This document shows positions 48,798 to 60,099 of a stretch of DNA of 64,000 bases, piece after piece (within the stretch, counting starts at the first letter, position 1; each line of letters begins with the position of its first letter). This stretch comes from an uncultured Olsenella sp. Its GTDB lineage: Bacteria > Actinomycetota > Coriobacteriia > Coriobacteriales > Atopobiaceae. Made by a program: the position numbers and the translations under genes. The stretch covers positions 1,385 through 65,384 of the forward strand of contig CASEVE010000006.1 of assembly GCA_949291295.1 (NCBI GenBank), written 5' to 3'. Below the pieces are notes generated by a model that saw nothing but the letters and a program-made list of their open reading frames with translations, did no database searches and had not been told where the DNA came from.

Positions 48798-49542
48798 GGC
48801 GATCATCTCCATCGGAGCGCAGGACGTCCTGCGCAAAGAGGCGTTCCTCGTCGGTCAGTCTCGCGGACTCAAGGAGATCGGGACGCCAGAGAGCGGTTCT
48901 CTCGAGCGCGTTTCTCCTTCGCCACTCGCGCACCTTGGCATGGTCTCCCGAGAGCAGGACCTCGGGAACGTCCATGCCCCGATAGCTCGCGGGGCGCGTG
49001 TACTGCGCGTACTCGAGAAGTCCCTCAGAGGAGAAGGACTCGTCGACGGCGGAAAGCTCGTCACCAAGCGCCCCGGGAAGAAGTCGCACCACGGCGTCCA
49101 TTACCACAAGCGCAGCGAGCTCCCCTCCGGTGAGCACATAATCCCCGATGGAGAGCACGTCGTCGGCAAGGGTGTAGACGCGCTCGTCGATGCCCTCGTA
49201 GCGACCGCAGACAAACAGGATGCGCTCTTTTGTTGCAAGCCGCTCCGCCACGCGCTGGTCAAAACGCTGTCCGCAGGGCGAGAAGAACACGACGTGAGGG
49301 GAAGAGGAACCGTTGAGTGAAAGCTCGTCAAGCGCCTCGAAGATGGGAGCGGGCTTCATGAGCATCCCCTGCCCCCCGCCAAAGGGTGCGTCGTCGACGG
49401 TGCGATGCCGATCGTGGGTCCAATCTCGCAGGTCGTAGGCCTCAAAGGAGAATACGCCGGAGCGTTGCGCCCGACCCATGATGGAGGCATCGAGATAGGG
49501 CGAGAAGACCTCGGGGAAGACCGAGAGTGCCTCGAATCTCAC
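48790..49542 (-). CDS. trmD: tRNA (guanine-37-N1)-methyltransferase
   Basis: DDAPFGGGQGM, CGRYEGIDER, SIGDYVLTGGE, LEYAQYTRP, VPEVLLSGDH. Confidence 0.98.
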   Translation of the reverse strand: MRFEALSVFPEVFSPYLDASIMGRAQRSGVFSFEAYDLRDWTHDRHRTVDDAPFGGGQGMLMKPAPIFEALDELSLNGSSSPHVVFFSPCGQRFDQRVAERLATKERILFVCGRYEGIDERVYTLADDVLSIGDYVLTGGELAALVVMDAVVRLLPGALGDELSAVDESFSSEGLLEYAQYTRPASYRGMDVPEVLLSGDHAKVREWRRRNALERTALWRPDLLESARLTDEERLFAQDVLRSDGDDRHE

Positions 49543-50069
49543 AGCTGGTCACGCTCCTCCCACTTGAGCCCACGGGGAACCCTGACGGTGATGGGCCCTG
49601 TCTGCGGGACGTCGCAGACCACCTCGTCGACCACGGGAACCAGAACCTCAAACGAAGAGTCGCGCAGGACCCAGACGTCGTTTGCGGGGCCCGTCAGAAT
49701 CTCGGAGATGACGCCCGAGCGCCCGGAGCACTCATCGAGGACCTCGCGGCCGACAAGACGCCCCCGGTCGTGAAGCGCTAGGTCGTGGGGCAGGTCTTGC
49801 TCGCGTGCCAGCAGAAAGCGGCCAACGAGGGGCTCGGCGTCGGCCAGGGAGCATACGCCGGAGAGCGCCGTCAGCGATCCGGCGCGGCTGTCATGAGAGA
49901 CGCTCGTCACCGTGTGCCACCGAGAGCCCTTGAGGCGTGGCGGCACAACGGCGACCTCGAGTCCCTCGCGAACAAGAGAAGGAAGGCCGTGGACGGGAAC
50001 CGTCACGACCTCCCCTCTTCTTCCGTGTGATTTCTCGACACGGGCTATGCAGCGATAGCGGGCCTTCAT
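49539..50069 (-). CDS. rimM: 16S rRNA processing protein RimM
   Basis: KSHGRRGEV, GPANDVWV, EVLVPVV; between khpA and trmD. Confidence 0.88.
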   Translation of the reverse strand: MKARYRCIARVEKSHGRRGEVVTVPVHGLPSLVREGLEVAVVPPRLKGSRWHTVTSVSHDSRAGSLTALSGVCSLADAEPLVGRFLLAREQDLPHDLALHDRGRLVGREVLDECSGRSGVISEILTGPANDVWVLRDSSFEVLVPVVDEVVCDVPQTGPITVRVPRGLKWEERDQL

Positions 50070-50074
50070 CCGAA

Positions 50075-50365
50075 CTAGCCCACGACCTCGACCTCAACAG
50101 AGGTGCCGACGCGCTGCCCGAGGGCACGGGCGAGCGTGCGGATTGCCTTGATCGTGCGGCCCTTGCGACCAATAACGCGACCAGCGTCCTCCTCGGAGCA
50201 GCTCACCTCGATGAGCGAACCCTCCTCGGAATCGGTTACGTCAAGGGAGACGGCAGTCTCATCGTCAACGAGCCCGCACACGATGTACTCAACGAGATCG
50301 GCGACCTTGTCGGAGGGCAGCTCCTGCCCCTCGGTCTCGACGAGACCGCTTTCCTGGGTCTCCAT
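50075..50365 (-). CDS. khpA: KH-domain RNA-binding protein KhpA
   Basis: DAGRVIGRKGRTIKAIRTL; directly after rpsP. Confidence 0.92.
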   Translation of the reverse strand: METQESGLVETEGQELPSDKVADLVEYIVCGLVDDETAVSLDVTDSEEGSLIEVSCSEEDAGRVIGRKGRTIKAIRTLARALGQRVGTSVEVEVVG

Positions 50366-50373
50366 CGCAGGGC

Positions 50374-50712
50374 CTACTCGGCGTCGGCAGCCTCGGCAGC
50401 AGCCTCAGCAGCAGCGGCGGCCTTGGCAGCGGCCTTCTTCGAGATCTTGGTCTTCTTCTCGACGACAGGCTGGCCGTTGCGGGCAATGTCGATGAGATGG
50501 GAGACGGCGTTGGTGGGCTGGGCGCCCTTGGCGACCCACTCGTCGACCTTCTCGAGGTTGATGTCAATCACCTTGGGGTTGGTCAGCGGGTTGTAGCGGC
50601 CGACCTCCTCGATGTAGCGACCGTCACGCGGCATGCGGCCGTCGGCGACGACGACGCGGTAGTACGGACGCTTCTTGGCACCGTGACGGGCCAGGCGAAT
50701 CTTGACTGCCAA
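50374..50712 (-). CDS. rpsP: 30S ribosomal protein S16 (Ala-rich C-terminal extension)
   Basis: [35 protein letters not shown]; TTG start with GAAGGAG SD. Confidence 0.98.
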   Translation of the reverse strand: MAVKIRLARHGAKKRPYYRVVVADGRMPRDGRYIEEVGRYNPLTNPKVIDINLEKVDEWVAKGAQPTNAVSHLIDIARNGQPVVEKKTKISKKAAAKAAAAAEAAAEAADAE

Positions 50713-50787
50713 TGAAAACTCCTTCGTACGTGCGGTGCGCGCGGTAGATGTGAGGTGGTCGCACCGCTTGACCACAAACAGTTATTC

Positions 50788-50815
50788 ATCATACGACTCT
50801 TTAATGTGGTCGCAA
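50788..50815 (-). promoter_or_regulatory. Sigma-A promoter for rpsP operon
   Basis: TTGCGA-16 nt-TATGAT. Confidence 0.65.
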
Positions 50816-50864
50816 GGTGCAGTTTTTGTGAATGACCCATGCCCGAGCAAGACCGGCAGCGGAG

Positions 50865-50897
50865 CTTAAGATGAATTTCAGCGACCCTGGGTAGGAT
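50865..50897 (+). promoter_or_regulatory. Candidate response-regulator box (CiaR-like direct repeat) plus -10
   Basis: CTTAAG-N5-TTTCAG, 10-nt spacer, TAGGAT. Confidence 0.55.
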
Positions 50898-50949
50898 ACG
50901 AGCCAGTAGCGGGCACGGCAACCGTGCAACCGATCGACAAGGAGCACCC

Positions 50950-51624
50950 GTGAACATTCTGGTCGTTGAGGACGAGCGTAACCTCGCGGACGCCATCGTG
51001 CACATCATCGAGGGAGACGCTCAGCATGCAGACGCCGTCTATGACGGCAGGGCGGGACTGCGCGCGGCACTTTCCGGCGCCTACGACGCCGTGGTAATGG
51101 ACATCATGCTTCCGGGCATGGACGGCAACGAAATCGTACATGAGATGCGCAGGCAGGGCGTCTCCGTTCCCGTTCTCATGCTCACGGCGCGAACCTCGCT
51201 AGACGATAAGGTCAAGGGCCTTGACGCCGGCGCCGACGACTACATGACCAAGCCCTTTGAGGCGCCCGAGCTCCTCGCCCGCCTGAGAGCACTCACCCGC
51301 CGTCGCGGGGACGTGCTCATCGACGAGGTGACCTTTGCCGACGTCAAGCTCGACCTCTCCACCCACGACCTGAGCTGCCGCGACGCCGTCGTCCACCTCT
51401 CGGGCAAGGAGTTTGAGGTCATGAGCATCCTCATGACCTCAAGTGCGCGGGTCGTCTCCAAGCAGGACCTGCTCTCGCGCGTGTGGGCGGATTCGGAGGC
51501 ATCCGAGAACTCCGTCGAGGCCTACGTCTCGTTCCTGCGCAAGAAGCTTGCCCACATTGGGTCCAAGGTTCAGATTACGACCCTCAGGATGCTCGGCTAT
51601 CGCCTCGAGGTCCTAGCCGACTAA
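50950..51624 (+). CDS. OmpR/PhoB family response regulator
   Basis: ILVVEDE, MDIMLPGMDG, LTAR, GADDYMTKPF, VEAYVSFLRKKL. Confidence 0.96.
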   Translation: MNILVVEDERNLADAIVHIIEGDAQHADAVYDGRAGLRAALSGAYDAVVMDIMLPGMDGNEIVHEMRRQGVSVPVLMLTARTSLDDKVKGLDAGADDYMTKPFEAPELLARLRALTRRRGDVLIDEVTFADVKLDLSTHDLSCRDAVVHLSGKEFEVMSILMTSSARVVSKQDLLSRVWADSEASENSVEAYVSFLRKKLAHIGSKVQITTLRMLGYRLEVLAD

Positions 51625-51636
51625 GGGAGTCATCGC

Positions 51637-52866
51637 ATGCTCGCGCGCCTCAGAAGAGAGTTCATCGCCATATCGATGCTGCTCGTCGGCCTCGTGCTTC
51701 TTGGTGTGCTTGGCTCCTCGCTGCTCTCCAACGCGATGATGCAGCGTTCCTTTACGCTCGAGCTGCTCCAGCGGGCCATCGACGGCCAGATCGAGGACAT
51801 CACGCTCGGCGACACGACGGGCGAGCAGAGCGCCGACCTCATGCTCGCCGTCGTCGTCGAGGTGTCACCGGACGGGACCCCGTACGCGGGATACGGCAAC
51901 ACGGCGATAGAGATTCCTGACGACATGCTCCAAGAGGTCATCATCGACGCGCTGAGCAGCTCGGAGAGTTCGGGAAACTGCAGCGAGTACCACGTTGCGT
52001 GGATGAAGACGCAGACCCCCTGGGGCTGGCGCATCGCCCTCGTCGACACGTTCTCTCGTGCGGCGAGCCTGCGCGTCCAGACGCTTACGAGCCTCGTCAT
52101 CTTTGCGGTCTCGATGGGCGTGCTCTTTGTGATTTCCTACCTGCTCTCGGGATGGGCCCTCCGTCCCGTGGCGCGCGCCTGGGAGCGTCAGCGACGCTTT
52201 GTCTCCGACGCCTCCCACGAGCTTAAGACACCCCTTGCGGTCATCCTTGCCAACACTCAGATCCTCCAGGGCACCGAGGGGATCCCGGAGGAGACGCGCC
52301 GCTGGATAGACAGCACGGCAGATGAGGCGGGGCACATGAAGGGCCTCGTCGAGGACCTGCTCACGCTCGCCCGCGCAGACGAGCAGGCTGCCACGACGGC
52401 AAAGGCCGAGCGAAACCTGGAGAGCGTCGACGTGAGCGAGCTGGTCTCCCGATGCGCCCTCGAGTTTGACGCCGTTGCCTTTGAGCGCGGGTGCTCGATC
52501 GAGTGCAGCCTCGTGCCGGGTCTGCACGCCCCGGCGGACCAAGAAGGCCTCAAGCGCGTGGTGAGGACCCTTCTTGACAACGCCACAAAGTATGCGAGCG
52601 GGGGGACGCCGGTGCGCGTCACCCTCACCGGAGAGGGAAAGCACGCACGACTGAGCGTGAACAACCGCGGGGAGGTCATCTCCCCGGAGGACTTAAGCCA
52701 CATCTTCGACCGCTTCTACCGGACCGACGACGCACGCGAGCGCCAGAAAAACGGTGGCTTTGGCTTGGGCCTAGCCATTGCGAAGAGCCTCGTCGAGTCC
52801 ATGGGCGGAAAGATCTCCGCCACCTCTGACGCCGCCTCCGGCACCACCTTCACCGTGTCCCTATAA
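51637..52866 (+). CDS. Sensor histidine kinase (HisKA + HATPase, 2 TM)
   Basis: FVSDASHELKTPL, LLDNATKY, IFDRFYR, GFGLGLAIA. Confidence 0.96.
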   Translation: MLARLRREFIAISMLLVGLVLLGVLGSSLLSNAMMQRSFTLELLQRAIDGQIEDITLGDTTGEQSADLMLAVVVEVSPDGTPYAGYGNTAIEIPDDMLQEVIIDALSSSESSGNCSEYHVAWMKTQTPWGWRIALVDTFSRAASLRVQTLTSLVIFAVSMGVLFVISYLLSGWALRPVARAWERQRRFVSDASHELKTPLAVILANTQILQGTEGIPEETRRWIDSTADEAGHMKGLVEDLLTLARADEQAATTAKAERNLESVDVSELVSRCALEFDAVAFERGCSIECSLVPGLHAPADQEGLKRVVRTLLDNATKYASGGTPVRVTLTGEGKHARLSVNNRGEVISPEDLSHIFDRFYRTDDARERQKNGGFGLGLAIAKSLVESMGGKISATSDAASGTTFTVSL

Positions 52867-52873
52867 TGGGGAC

Positions 52874-54169
52874 ATGAGCACAGCACCCGATACTCCTCGT
52901 AACGCACAGGACGGACCCCGCGCCGGTGGTCCCGATGCCTTTGCGTGGAACGGCCCCGCTGTGGGGCTTCTCGACCTTGACGCCTTCTTCGCCTCGGTTG
53001 AGCAGCTCGACCATCCTGACTGGAGGGGCAAGCCCGTCATAGTTGGTGGTTCTGCCGACAAGAGGGGCGTGGTCTCAACTGCCTCCTACGAGGCAAGGGC
53101 GTACGGGGTGCACTCGGCCATGCCCTCTGCCATCGCCGCGCGACTCTGCCCTCAGGCCATCTGGACGCAGGGTCATTTCGACCGCTACCGCGAGCTCAGC
53201 GCACAGGTAATGGGAATACTCGGCGACGAGACCCCCCTCGTTGAGCAGGTCTCAATCGACGAGGCGTTCTTTGACGTCACGCCGGGGCGCTTCTCCAAGG
53301 AGAGCCCGGTTGAGATCTGCCGTCGCATTCAGACACGCGTCGCCCAGCTCGGCGTCACCTGCTCCATTGGAATTGGCGTCAACAAAACCGTGGCAAAGAT
53401 CGCCTCGGAGCGAGAGAAGCCCCGCGGTCTGACCGTTGTCCTGCCCGGCACCGAGCGCGTCTTTCTTGCGCCGCTGCCCGTAGGGGCCATGAGCGGCGTG
53501 GGGCCCGCAACTCAGGAGCGTCTAAGGAAGATGGGGATACGCACCCTGGGAGAGCTGTCCCGAGCAGACGTCCGCGAGCTCGAGCGGAGCTTCGGCGTGC
53601 TCGGACCGCGCATGGCGGAGCGTGCCGCCGGTCTTGAGCGCAGCAGCGTTGCCGAGGCCGCAGCGCCAGAGGAGGTCAAATCCGTCTCCAACGAGCGGAC
53701 CTTCTCGCACGACCTGACAGAGCGTGCCGACATCGAGGCCGCCATCAAGCATGTTGCGGGCCTTGTGGGCCACAGGCTGCGAAAAAAGGGGCTCGCAGGG
53801 ACAACCGTAACCCTCAAGCTCAAGTTTGACGTAAGGCAGTCCCGCACCGCACAAAGGACGCTTTCCTCCCCCACGAGCGACGAGCGCGCGTTTGGGAGGG
53901 TTGCCCTGGACTTGCTCAGTGAAATCTGGACGCAAGGAACCCACGTCAGGCTCGTGGGTGTGGGCGTGTCGGGCTTTGATGGTCCCCGCCCCTCCCAGCT
54001 CGCGCTCTTTGGCGAGGATGCCAAGCGCGAGGAGCCCGACAGATCGGGGCTCGGCCGCGTGACCGACGCGCTCAGGGAGCGCTTTGGGGACGACGCGGTG
54101 AGCTATGGAAGAGACCTGCGCTTCAGGGAGAAGACGTCCGACACGGCTCCCATGCACAAGGATGCCTGA
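52874..54169 (+). CDS. dinB: DNA polymerase IV
   Basis: DLDAFFASVE, YEARAYGV, SIDEAFFD, VAKIASEREKPRG, SVSNERTF, RLVGVGV. Confidence 0.96.
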   Translation: MSTAPDTPRNAQDGPRAGGPDAFAWNGPAVGLLDLDAFFASVEQLDHPDWRGKPVIVGGSADKRGVVSTASYEARAYGVHSAMPSAIAARLCPQAIWTQGHFDRYRELSAQVMGILGDETPLVEQVSIDEAFFDVTPGRFSKESPVEICRRIQTRVAQLGVTCSIGIGVNKTVAKIASEREKPRGLTVVLPGTERVFLAPLPVGAMSGVGPATQERLRKMGIRTLGELSRADVRELERSFGVLGPRMAERAAGLERSSVAEAAAPEEVKSVSNERTFSHDLTERADIEAAIKHVAGLVGHRLRKKGLAGTTVTLKLKFDVRQSRTAQRTLSSPTSDERAFGRVALDLLSEIWTQGTHVRLVGVGVSGFDGPRPSQLALFGEDAKREEPDRSGLGRVTDALRERFGDDAVSYGRDLRFREKTSDTAPMHKDA

Positions 54170-54179
54170 CGAGACGAGC

Positions 54180-54536
54180 CTACTCGAGGCTGAGCTCGAC
54201 TCGCGGGGCATCTCCCCAGAGACGCTCCAGTCGATAGAAGTCCCTCGTCTCGGGCTTGAACACATGGACGACAACAGAGCCGTAGTCGAGCAGCACCCAG
54301 GAGAGCCCCTCTCTGCCCTCGCAGGAGAGCGGCGAGACGCCGCAGTTGGCACTCACCTTTGCGCGAACCTCGTCTACGATGGCGTCGACCTGACGAGAGT
54401 TCTCTCCGGTACAGATGAGTAAGTAGTCGCAGACGTCGGTCTTGGACGAGAGGTCAAGAAGGATGAGGTCACTCGCCTTCTTGGAATCTGCCGCAATGGC
54501 GGCGACCTTGGCAAGCTCAAGTGAAGTTACGGTCAT
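54180..54536 (-). CDS. rsfS: Ribosome silencing factor RsfS
   Basis: AADSKKASD, CDYLLICTG, WVLLDYGSVVVHVF, RDFYRLERLW. Confidence 0.95.
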   Translation of the reverse strand: MTVTSLELAKVAAIAADSKKASDLILLDLSSKTDVCDYLLICTGENSRQVDAIVDEVRAKVSANCGVSPLSCEGREGLSWVLLDYGSVVVHVFKPETRDFYRLERLWGDAPRVELSLE

Positions 54537-54544
54537 GCAGTCTC

Positions 54545-55180
54545 CTAGCCTTTTCTTCCCGCGCGGCGCGCGGCAAGGCAATTGTACACGTCAATGGTCC
54601 CCGGAAAGAGATAGCGTCCACCCTGAAGAACGTAGACGACTCCCCCCACAAAGGACTCCCAGAAGAGGTCATCCAAGGTGGCCTTTCCCACAAGAGAGCG
54701 CGTCCTCTCAATCCCGGGCGACGACGCCCTCAGAGGCTCGATGCCGTCCGCGACAAAGAGCACCTCGTCGAGCGGTCTCATATCCGCCGAGGCGGAGGTG
54801 TGCACCGCTATGGCATGCCACACCGCAGGAGGCAGCTCGGGGTAGCGCTCAGGAAGCGTGCGGGAGGCAATGATTCCATGCAGCAGCGAGTGCACCATCT
54901 CAAGGTCTACCCCAAGGTCTATCCCAAGCTCGCGGGCATGGGCGAGCTGCTCGGCTGCCGACGACGCCTTCTCCCAGTCATGGAGAATGCCCGCGGCATG
55001 GGCGAGGAAGGGGTCGACGCCATAGATGAGCGCCAGGCGCTCCGCGGTCTTGGCAACGGAGAGCGAGTGCGCGAGGCGCCTCGGCTTCTTTGAGAGGTGC
55101 TCGGCAAGGTCGGACCGGAGCCGCGCGAGAAGGGCCTCCTGCTCGGGCGTGTAGCGAATCTTGTACTTCTTCTTCGCCAT
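54545..55180 (-). CDS. yqeK: HD-domain Ap4A hydrolase YqeK
   Basis: RLAHSLSV, GILHDWEK, LHG, HT, LFVADGIEP; nadD-yqeK-rsfS order. Confidence 0.88.
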   Translation of the reverse strand: MAKKKYKIRYTPEQEALLARLRSDLAEHLSKKPRRLAHSLSVAKTAERLALIYGVDPFLAHAAGILHDWEKASSAAEQLAHARELGIDLGVDLEMVHSLLHGIIASRTLPERYPELPPAVWHAIAVHTSASADMRPLDEVLFVADGIEPLRASSPGIERTRSLVGKATLDDLFWESFVGGVVYVLQGGRYLFPGTIDVYNCLAARRAGRKG

Positions 55181-55888
55181 CTATGCCACGACCTCCCTCG
55201 TCTGCCCGTAGCGGCTTCGTGCCACACCATAGAGACCATGCTTGTGAAGGTATCCCGTCACCTGATCTGGCGTGAGGTAGCGAAGGCTCTGCCCCGCGCC
55301 CACCCGCTCGCGCAGGTAGCTGGAGGAAATCGCGAGCGCGGGAACCGAGAGGTAGGTAACGTCAAAGTCGAGCCCGGAGGCCGCGATCGCATCCCAGGCG
55401 CGGTCGAGGTCGTAGCCGGGACGAGTGGCCGCCACAAGATGGGCGAGACGAGCGATGTCCGCGGCGTCGCGCCAGGTGACGATCTCCGTGATGGCATCGG
55501 CTCCCGTGATGAAGTAGAACTCAACGTTGCTGGGATAGAGCTTGCGCAGGAGCCTCAAGGTATCTGCGGTATAGGTTACGCCCTCTCGGTCGATCTCAAA
55601 GCGAGAGGCAACGAAGTGCGGGTTGTCTGCCGTTGCGAGCAGCGTCATCGCAAAGCGCTCCTCGCTCGAGGTCACGTCCTTTCCCTGCTTGAACGCGGGA
55701 CGACCGGCCGGCATGAACACCACGAGGTCAAGCTTGAGGTCATCGAAGGCCTGCTCGGCGGCAACGAGGTGACCGTAGTGGATGGGATCGAAGGTCCCGC
55801 CCATGATGCCGAGGCGATAGGTCTTGCCTTCATCGTTGCCCAGCACGGGAAGGTCTGCCGCGCGAAGCGCGGAAACGTCGATGCTCAT
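55181..55888 (-). CDS. nadD: Nicotinate-nucleotide adenylyltransferase
   Basis: GIMGGTFDPIHYGH, YTADTL, FITGAD, ISSSYLR. Confidence 0.97.
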   Translation of the reverse strand: MSIDVSALRAADLPVLGNDEGKTYRLGIMGGTFDPIHYGHLVAAEQAFDDLKLDLVVFMPAGRPAFKQGKDVTSSEERFAMTLLATADNPHFVASRFEIDREGVTYTADTLRLLRKLYPSNVEFYFITGADAITEIVTWRDAADIARLAHLVAATRPGYDLDRAWDAIAASGLDFDVTYLSVPALAISSSYLRERVGAGQSLRYLTPDQVTGYLHKHGLYGVARSRYGQTREVVA

Positions 55889-57144
55889 CGGATCTGCCCG
55901 TCCCCGCGAACGAGGTACTTCGTGGTCGTGAGCGCCTCTGCCCCCATGGGACCGCGCGCGTGGAGCTTCTGCGTCGAGATGCCGATCTCCCCGCCGAGAC
56001 CAAAGACGCCGCCGTCGGTAAAACGCGTCGAGGCGTTAGCGTAGACCGCCGCGGCGTCAACGCCCGCCAGGAAGGCCTCGCACGCGGGATACGACTCGCT
56101 CACGATGGCCTCGGAGTGCCCCGTGCCATAGCGATTGATGTGAGCGATGGCTTCCGAAACGTCCTCGACGCAGCAAACGCTCATCTTGAGGTCCAGGTAT
56201 TCGCGGCCCCAGTCGTCCTCTGACGCCGCGGACATCTCAATGCCGCACGATGCCGCCACGGAGCATGCAAGCTCGTCGCCAACAAGCTCGACGCCGCGCT
56301 CGCAAAGGGCGAGAAGGACAGGAGGAAGCAGCCGGGTGGCGGCGCAGCTGTCAACGAGCAGGGACTCAGCGGCGTTGCAGACACCCGGACGGGAGCACTT
56401 GGCGTTCACCACAATGTCCACGGCCTTCTCGACATCTGCGTCGCGGTGCAGGTAGATGTGGCAGTTTCCAGTCCCGGTCTCGATGACGGGAACCGTGGCG
56501 TTCTCGACGCAGTGCCTGATAAGGGATGCTCCGCCGCGAGGGATGAGGACGTCGATGAGCCCGTTTGCGCGGATGAGCTCCTCTGTCTCGGTATGCTCCG
56601 CGTTGTCGGAGACATATTGGATGGCGTCTGAGGGAAGCCCTGTCTGAGCGAGCGCGTCGCGACATGCCGCCGCAATGGCCTCGCAGGACTCGCGCGCAGC
56701 CGAGCCACCCTTGAGGACGCAGGAGTTGCCGGAGCGAACGCAGAGGGCGAAGGCATCGGCGGTCACGTTGGGACGGGCCTCGTAGACAATGGCAACGACG
56801 CCCAGGGGGACGCGCACCTGCTCGATGCGAATGCCTGAGTCGAGCGTCCTGCCCCCCACGACGCAGCCGAGCGGATCGTCCTGTCGGGCGATCTGCTTAA
56901 GCGAGGCGGCTATCGAGGCAAGCCTTCCCTCGTCGAGCAGAAGGCGGTCCTGGAGCGGAAGGGGCATCCCGTTGGACCTTCCGCGCGCAAGGTCACGCTC
57001 GTTGGCGGCACAAATCTCATCCGATCGATCGAGGATGTTGTGCGCCGCAGCAAGGATTGCCTTAGAGCGGGTGGCGGCAGAGGCTTGACCCATGAGATAG
57101 GAAGCCTCGCGAGCAAGACCGGCTTTTCTACGTGACTCAGACAT
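55885..57144 (-). CDS. proA: Gamma-glutamyl phosphate reductase
   Basis: VPLGVV, YEARPNVT, LKGGS, IPRGG, ETGTGNCH, CNAAE, NASTRFTDGG, ISTQKLHARGPMG. Confidence 0.97.
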   Translation of the reverse strand: MSESRRKAGLAREASYLMGQASAATRSKAILAAAHNILDRSDEICAANERDLARGRSNGMPLPLQDRLLLDEGRLASIAASLKQIARQDDPLGCVVGGRTLDSGIRIEQVRVPLGVVAIVYEARPNVTADAFALCVRSGNSCVLKGGSAARESCEAIAAACRDALAQTGLPSDAIQYVSDNAEHTETEELIRANGLIDVLIPRGGASLIRHCVENATVPVIETGTGNCHIYLHRDADVEKAVDIVVNAKCSRPGVCNAAESLLVDSCAATRLLPPVLLALCERGVELVGDELACSVAASCGIEMSAASEDDWGREYLDLKMSVCCVEDVSEAIAHINRYGTGHSEAIVSESYPACEAFLAGVDAAAVYANASTRFTDGGVFGLGGEIGISTQKLHARGPMGAEALTTTKYLVRGDGQIR

Positions 57145-57159
57145 GCGGTCCCCCTTTTT

Positions 57160-58272
57160 CTAGAAGACGAGAAGATCGTCTCGGTGAATGGCGGGCTGAG
57201 CGCGATCTTCTCCCAAAAAACGAGAAATGACGTCGAGCTTTATTCCACGGACGCGAGACATGTCCTCGGAGGAGTAGCGGGCTATCCCGCGACCGATGAG
57301 ATCGCCGGAGCTGGACTGCACGTTGATGACGTCCCCTCGCTCATACCCACCGCTGGAGGAGACGACGCCAACGGGCAGAATGGAGGCACCCCGCTCCAGG
57401 ACGGCACGGGTGGCGCCCTCGTCAAGGGCAATCGTGCCGCGCGGAACCTCGGCCAGACCAATCCAGAGCTTTCTTCCGCCCTCGTGGGTCGATCCGTCGG
57501 GCGCCTCGAAGCGGGTCCCCACCGCCCTTCCTGACGCCACCTCCAAAAGAACGCCCTCGCGACGTCCGCGACAAATTACCATCGGAACGCCCGCCGCGAG
57601 CATCGCGCGGGCGGCACGGAGCTTTGAGGACATCCCTCCTGTTCCATAGGACGTACCCGAGCCGCCGGCAATGGCGGTAAGGCTGTGGTCGACCTCGCTC
57701 ACATGTTCAATCAGCGTCGCCGACGGGTCGTCTTGAGGATTTGCCGTAAAGAGGCCTTCGACATCGGAGCAGATGACGTAGAGCTCCGCCCCCACGAGCG
57801 CGGCAACGAGCGCGCCGAGCATGTCATTGTCACCAAACGCAAACTCTGCGGTGGAGACGGTGTCGTTCTCGTTGACAACGGGCACCGCCCCAAGCTCGAG
57901 CAGACGAGTGAGCGTGGTTCGGGCGTTCAGGAAGGCGTCTCTGTCCATGACGTCACGGCGCGTGAGGAGCACCTGGCCACAGGGTATGCCCCGCTCCGCT
58001 AGAACGTCGGCATACGCCTGGGTGAGGCGCGCCTGTCCGGCGGCCGCACAGGCCTGTAGCGTAGCTATGTCATTGGGACGCTCGGCAAAACCGAGGATGT
58101 CACGACCTGCGGCGGCGGCACCGGAGGACACCACGACAACGCGAGTTCCCCCAGAGACGAGCGCCGCAAGCTGATCGCAGAGCGAGCGAATGAAGCCACG
58201 GTCAAGCGCACCCGTCTCGTCCACCAGCGTAGACGAGCCGATCTTTACGACCATGAGCCTCGGCGCGCCCAT
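57160..58272 (-). CDS. proB: Glutamate 5-kinase (with PUA domain)
   Basis: VVKIGSS, VSSGA, PVVNENDTV, FGDND, GTGGMSSK, ILPVGV, IHRDDL. Confidence 0.97.
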   Translation of the reverse strand: MGAPRLMVVKIGSSTLVDETGALDRGFIRSLCDQLAALVSGGTRVVVVSSGAAAAGRDILGFAERPNDIATLQACAAAGQARLTQAYADVLAERGIPCGQVLLTRRDVMDRDAFLNARTTLTRLLELGAVPVVNENDTVSTAEFAFGDNDMLGALVAALVGAELYVICSDVEGLFTANPQDDPSATLIEHVSEVDHSLTAIAGGSGTSYGTGGMSSKLRAARAMLAAGVPMVICRGRREGVLLEVASGRAVGTRFEAPDGSTHEGGRKLWIGLAEVPRGTIALDEGATRAVLERGASILPVGVVSSSGGYERGDVINVQSSSGDLIGRGIARYSSEDMSRVRGIKLDVISRFLGEDRAQPAIHRDDLLVF

Positions 58273-59685
<1,413 letters not shown>

Positions 59686-59758
59686 TTACATGGTACGGCA
59701 ACTGCGACGACGCGTCCAACCGCCCAAATCAGGACGCACGGTAAACGGTCCCCACATG

Positions 59759-59790
59759 AAAAAAGAGCCCCGGTCGCGTGACCGGGGCCC
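59759..59790 (-). terminator. Terminator after rpmA
   Basis: GGCCCCGGTC-ACGC-GACCGGGGCTC-TTTTTT. Confidence 0.85.
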
Positions 59791-59817
59791 GAGTCGTACG
59801 AAATGCGCGAGATGAGC

Positions 59818-60066
59818 TTACGCCTCGCGAACGTGCACGCGGTGCTTGACGCCCTTGGTGAACTCAACGGTGCCAGCGGTGAGGGCGAACAGGGTGTCGT
59901 CCTTGCCGATGCCCACGTTGTCACCGGGGTGGATGTGCGTGCCGCGCTGGCGGACGAGAATCTCGCCGGCCTTCACGAACTGGCCGCCATAGCGCTTGGT
60001 GCCGAGGCGCTGGGCGTTGGAGTCACGGCCGTTACGGGACGAGCCGAGGCCTTTCTTGTGTGCCAT
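59818..60066 (-). CDS. rpmA: 50S ribosomal protein L27
   Basis: [38 protein letters not shown]. Confidence 0.99.
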   Translation of the reverse strand: MAHKKGLGSSRNGRDSNAQRLGTKRYGGQFVKAGEILVRQRGTHIHPGDNVGIGKDDTLFALTAGTVEFTKGVKHRVHVREA

Positions 60067-60099
60067 GGTAGTACCTGCCTTCTAAAACCGAGGAGAGAC

